A stretch of DNA of 47,076 nucleotides from Nemertoderma westbladi (lineage: Eukaryota > Animalia > Xenacoelomorpha), in NCBI GenBank assembly GCA_032718475.1, contig JAUCBJ010008035.1, positions 1 through 47,076 of the forward strand, given 5' to 3'. The notes below the pieces were generated by a model. The model was not told the origin of the DNA. It searched no databases and saw only the letters and a list, made by a program, of their open reading frames with translations. A program made the position numbers and the translations under genes. Positions 45,216-47,076 of the stretch are shown here, piece after piece (positions within the stretch are counted from its first letter, which is position 1; each line of letters opens with the position of its first letter).

Positions 45216-45514
45216 GGATACTTACTAGGACAATTCGGTCCCAAAAAATCCATATTACAGTATTGGTCGAATTAAATTAAATTAAGCTATTAATTTATTA
45301 GCTATTTATTCTTGAATTCATATATATTAATATAGGCTAAATAAGTAGCTAGATATTTGCAATTCAATTTTCCTAGTATTTTGTTTTTTGTCCTAATTAT
45401 GTTTCTATCAGGAAACGGGCAATTCGGTCCCGGACAATTTGGTCCCATTTATTTAGTGTTTTGGGACCGAATTGCCCGGGTCCGAATTGTCCGGAATCGA
45501 ATTGTCCTACATCC
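45216..45514. mobile_element. Non-autonomous DNA transposon with 15-bp subterminal repeats
   Basis: GGACAATTCGGTCCC units (45228, ~45417, 45432) and inverted GGGACCGAATTGYCC units (45463-45507); ends GGAT.. / ..ATCC. Confidence 0.6.
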
Positions 45515-46352
45515 ACCAAAACAATAAACGATAATAATCACTTATATAAAAATAATTACTTTTTACCAATGGGGTCCACAAATGTTTGCAATGGGGCCCT
45601 TAAGTTCGGACTGCAAGGGGCCCGAAAATCCATAATCCGTCCCTGGTTAAATACCGGTATAACGTATTGTATACCGATGTAGTACAGTAATACTGTACGG
45701 CTACTGAATTATTAACCCTATTAAACCCTATTGACCCCCCCCCCGTAGTTTTTTTATTATAATTCTGAAATCTGAAATTTTATGACTTTTCCTAAAAATC
45801 TATTGTCTTCCTAGTAGTGAAAACCGTTTTCAAAAATATTGGGTAGTTTTCGAGTTATAGCACCATTTTTTAACCCTACTTTTGGCACTTTTTTTGAGAC
45901 GTTTTTTAAAATTACATTTCATTAAATATGAATTATAACATCTCTATTTTTGATTTACACCGGTTTTATGGTGTTAGCAAATGGATGTAATTCATATAAA
46001 TTTATTTAGAAATTTCAAACTTCTTTTTTTCGGCGGGTGCCAAATTTTGGTGCCCGCACCAAATTTTGAAATAAGTCAATTTTGTAAATTGATTGTTTGA
46101 AACTTGTTTTTTACGCAATTGGGGTTTTTTGGGGTTCTGGTTTCGATGAAATATATACGAGTTGCACCAAGCGTATCAAACTTGTAGTTTCCGTTGCTGC
46201 GTGCAAATTTTTGTGCTACAGTAAGCACGAAATTTTGAAATCCATTTAATAGATAAAATTGCTTGTGACTGTTTATTTCTTGCGTTTTAGAGGTATATGG
46301 CTGTTCTGAATTCAATGGAATATATAATTATCGAGCTAGACATCTCAAACTT

Positions 46353-47019
46353 TGTTCGCGCTTTTAGACCTTTGGCAGTTTAACCCACCAAACTAAGATG
46401 TCTTCTAGATATTAAATCAGTTTTTAGTATATGACACGTATTTGATTCACTACACTAGTCGAAACCAATCCGTGCGCGACCATTCACCCGCTGGAGATTC
46501 CCGGGAGATTGGGTTCGACGGTTTAATTTTGTTGCTATGTAAGCCTAATGTATTATTCGACTGACAGTATTATATAATCTCTGACAATATTATTCACCTT
46601 CGGGAATATTAACAGTTCCTTTAGGACGTGGCGCTTTATCTATATAAACAGAGTTATGACTTAAACTACTCACAACGATATGGTTTAATTATAATTCACA
46701 TATATGGCGCATTCTTTAGGAATGCTTCTTTAACAGACTCACTCATACACAATGCTGCACAATACTGCACACTAATTTGCCAATCTTCACTGATTTTAGT
46801 CACATATAAAAGGAACACAGACTGAATCATGTAGGGTCTATCAAATAACATTAGATTCACTTCAAACCACTTTAACATAAGTCACAATCGTTATTGGTAA
46901 CCTTTCTCTCTTACCTTCGGTATATCATGAATATTGGGTTTCGGGGTTATTTATCGTTATTCCAAATATAATAATTCATCAACCATGTTATGAAGAACTG
47001 ACAGTAAATAGCAGTATAA
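46353..47019 (-). repeat. Diverged partial LTR of the same BEL/Pao family
   Basis: Begins TGTTCGCGCTTTTAGACC and aligns to 14291-14959 with many substitutions and small indels; homology stops after GCAGTATAA. Confidence 0.93.
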
Positions 47020-47076
47020 AACAACAATGAAAACACTGATAGTTATGAGTTTACAATGTTTCAGCAGTCAGTATGT

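Noticed and set aside
45710-46330. TTAACCCT repeats as telomeric sequence or a DNA-transposon end
   Set aside because: Only two or three imperfect units and no matching second terminus found; probably a repeat fragment, but it cannot be delimited.

Overview
AT-rich eukaryotic, probably animal, genomic DNA with two uninterrupted host coding regions: a GPCPD1/GDE5-like glycerophosphodiester phosphodiesterase (6729-8312, -) and the axonemal gene CFAP43/WDR96 (35763-40799, +). They sit among transposon debris: RTE-type LINE fragments, MITEs, a foldback element and a 65-bp tandem array. The centre is a complete and very young 17,149-bp BEL/Pao LTR retrotransposon (14291-31439, - strand). It has 1,249-bp TG...CA LTRs in which I see only 2 differences, a 5-bp ACTTC target-site duplication, and is inserted in an RTE fragment. 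The main finding is an accessory gene downstream of integrase, where env would normally lie (18141-15863). It reads as a DnaQ-like DEDDy 3'-5' exonuclease (WRN/EXD/Mut-7/RNase D type) followed by three Cys/His zinc-knuckle-like motifs. It is split by an in-phase UUUAAAC -1 frameshift site and an in-frame UGA, and is preceded by a strand-specific structured RNA region and an RFX X-box. The element has no recognisable tRNA primer-binding site. All domain calls are by-eye motif recognition; no searches were run.
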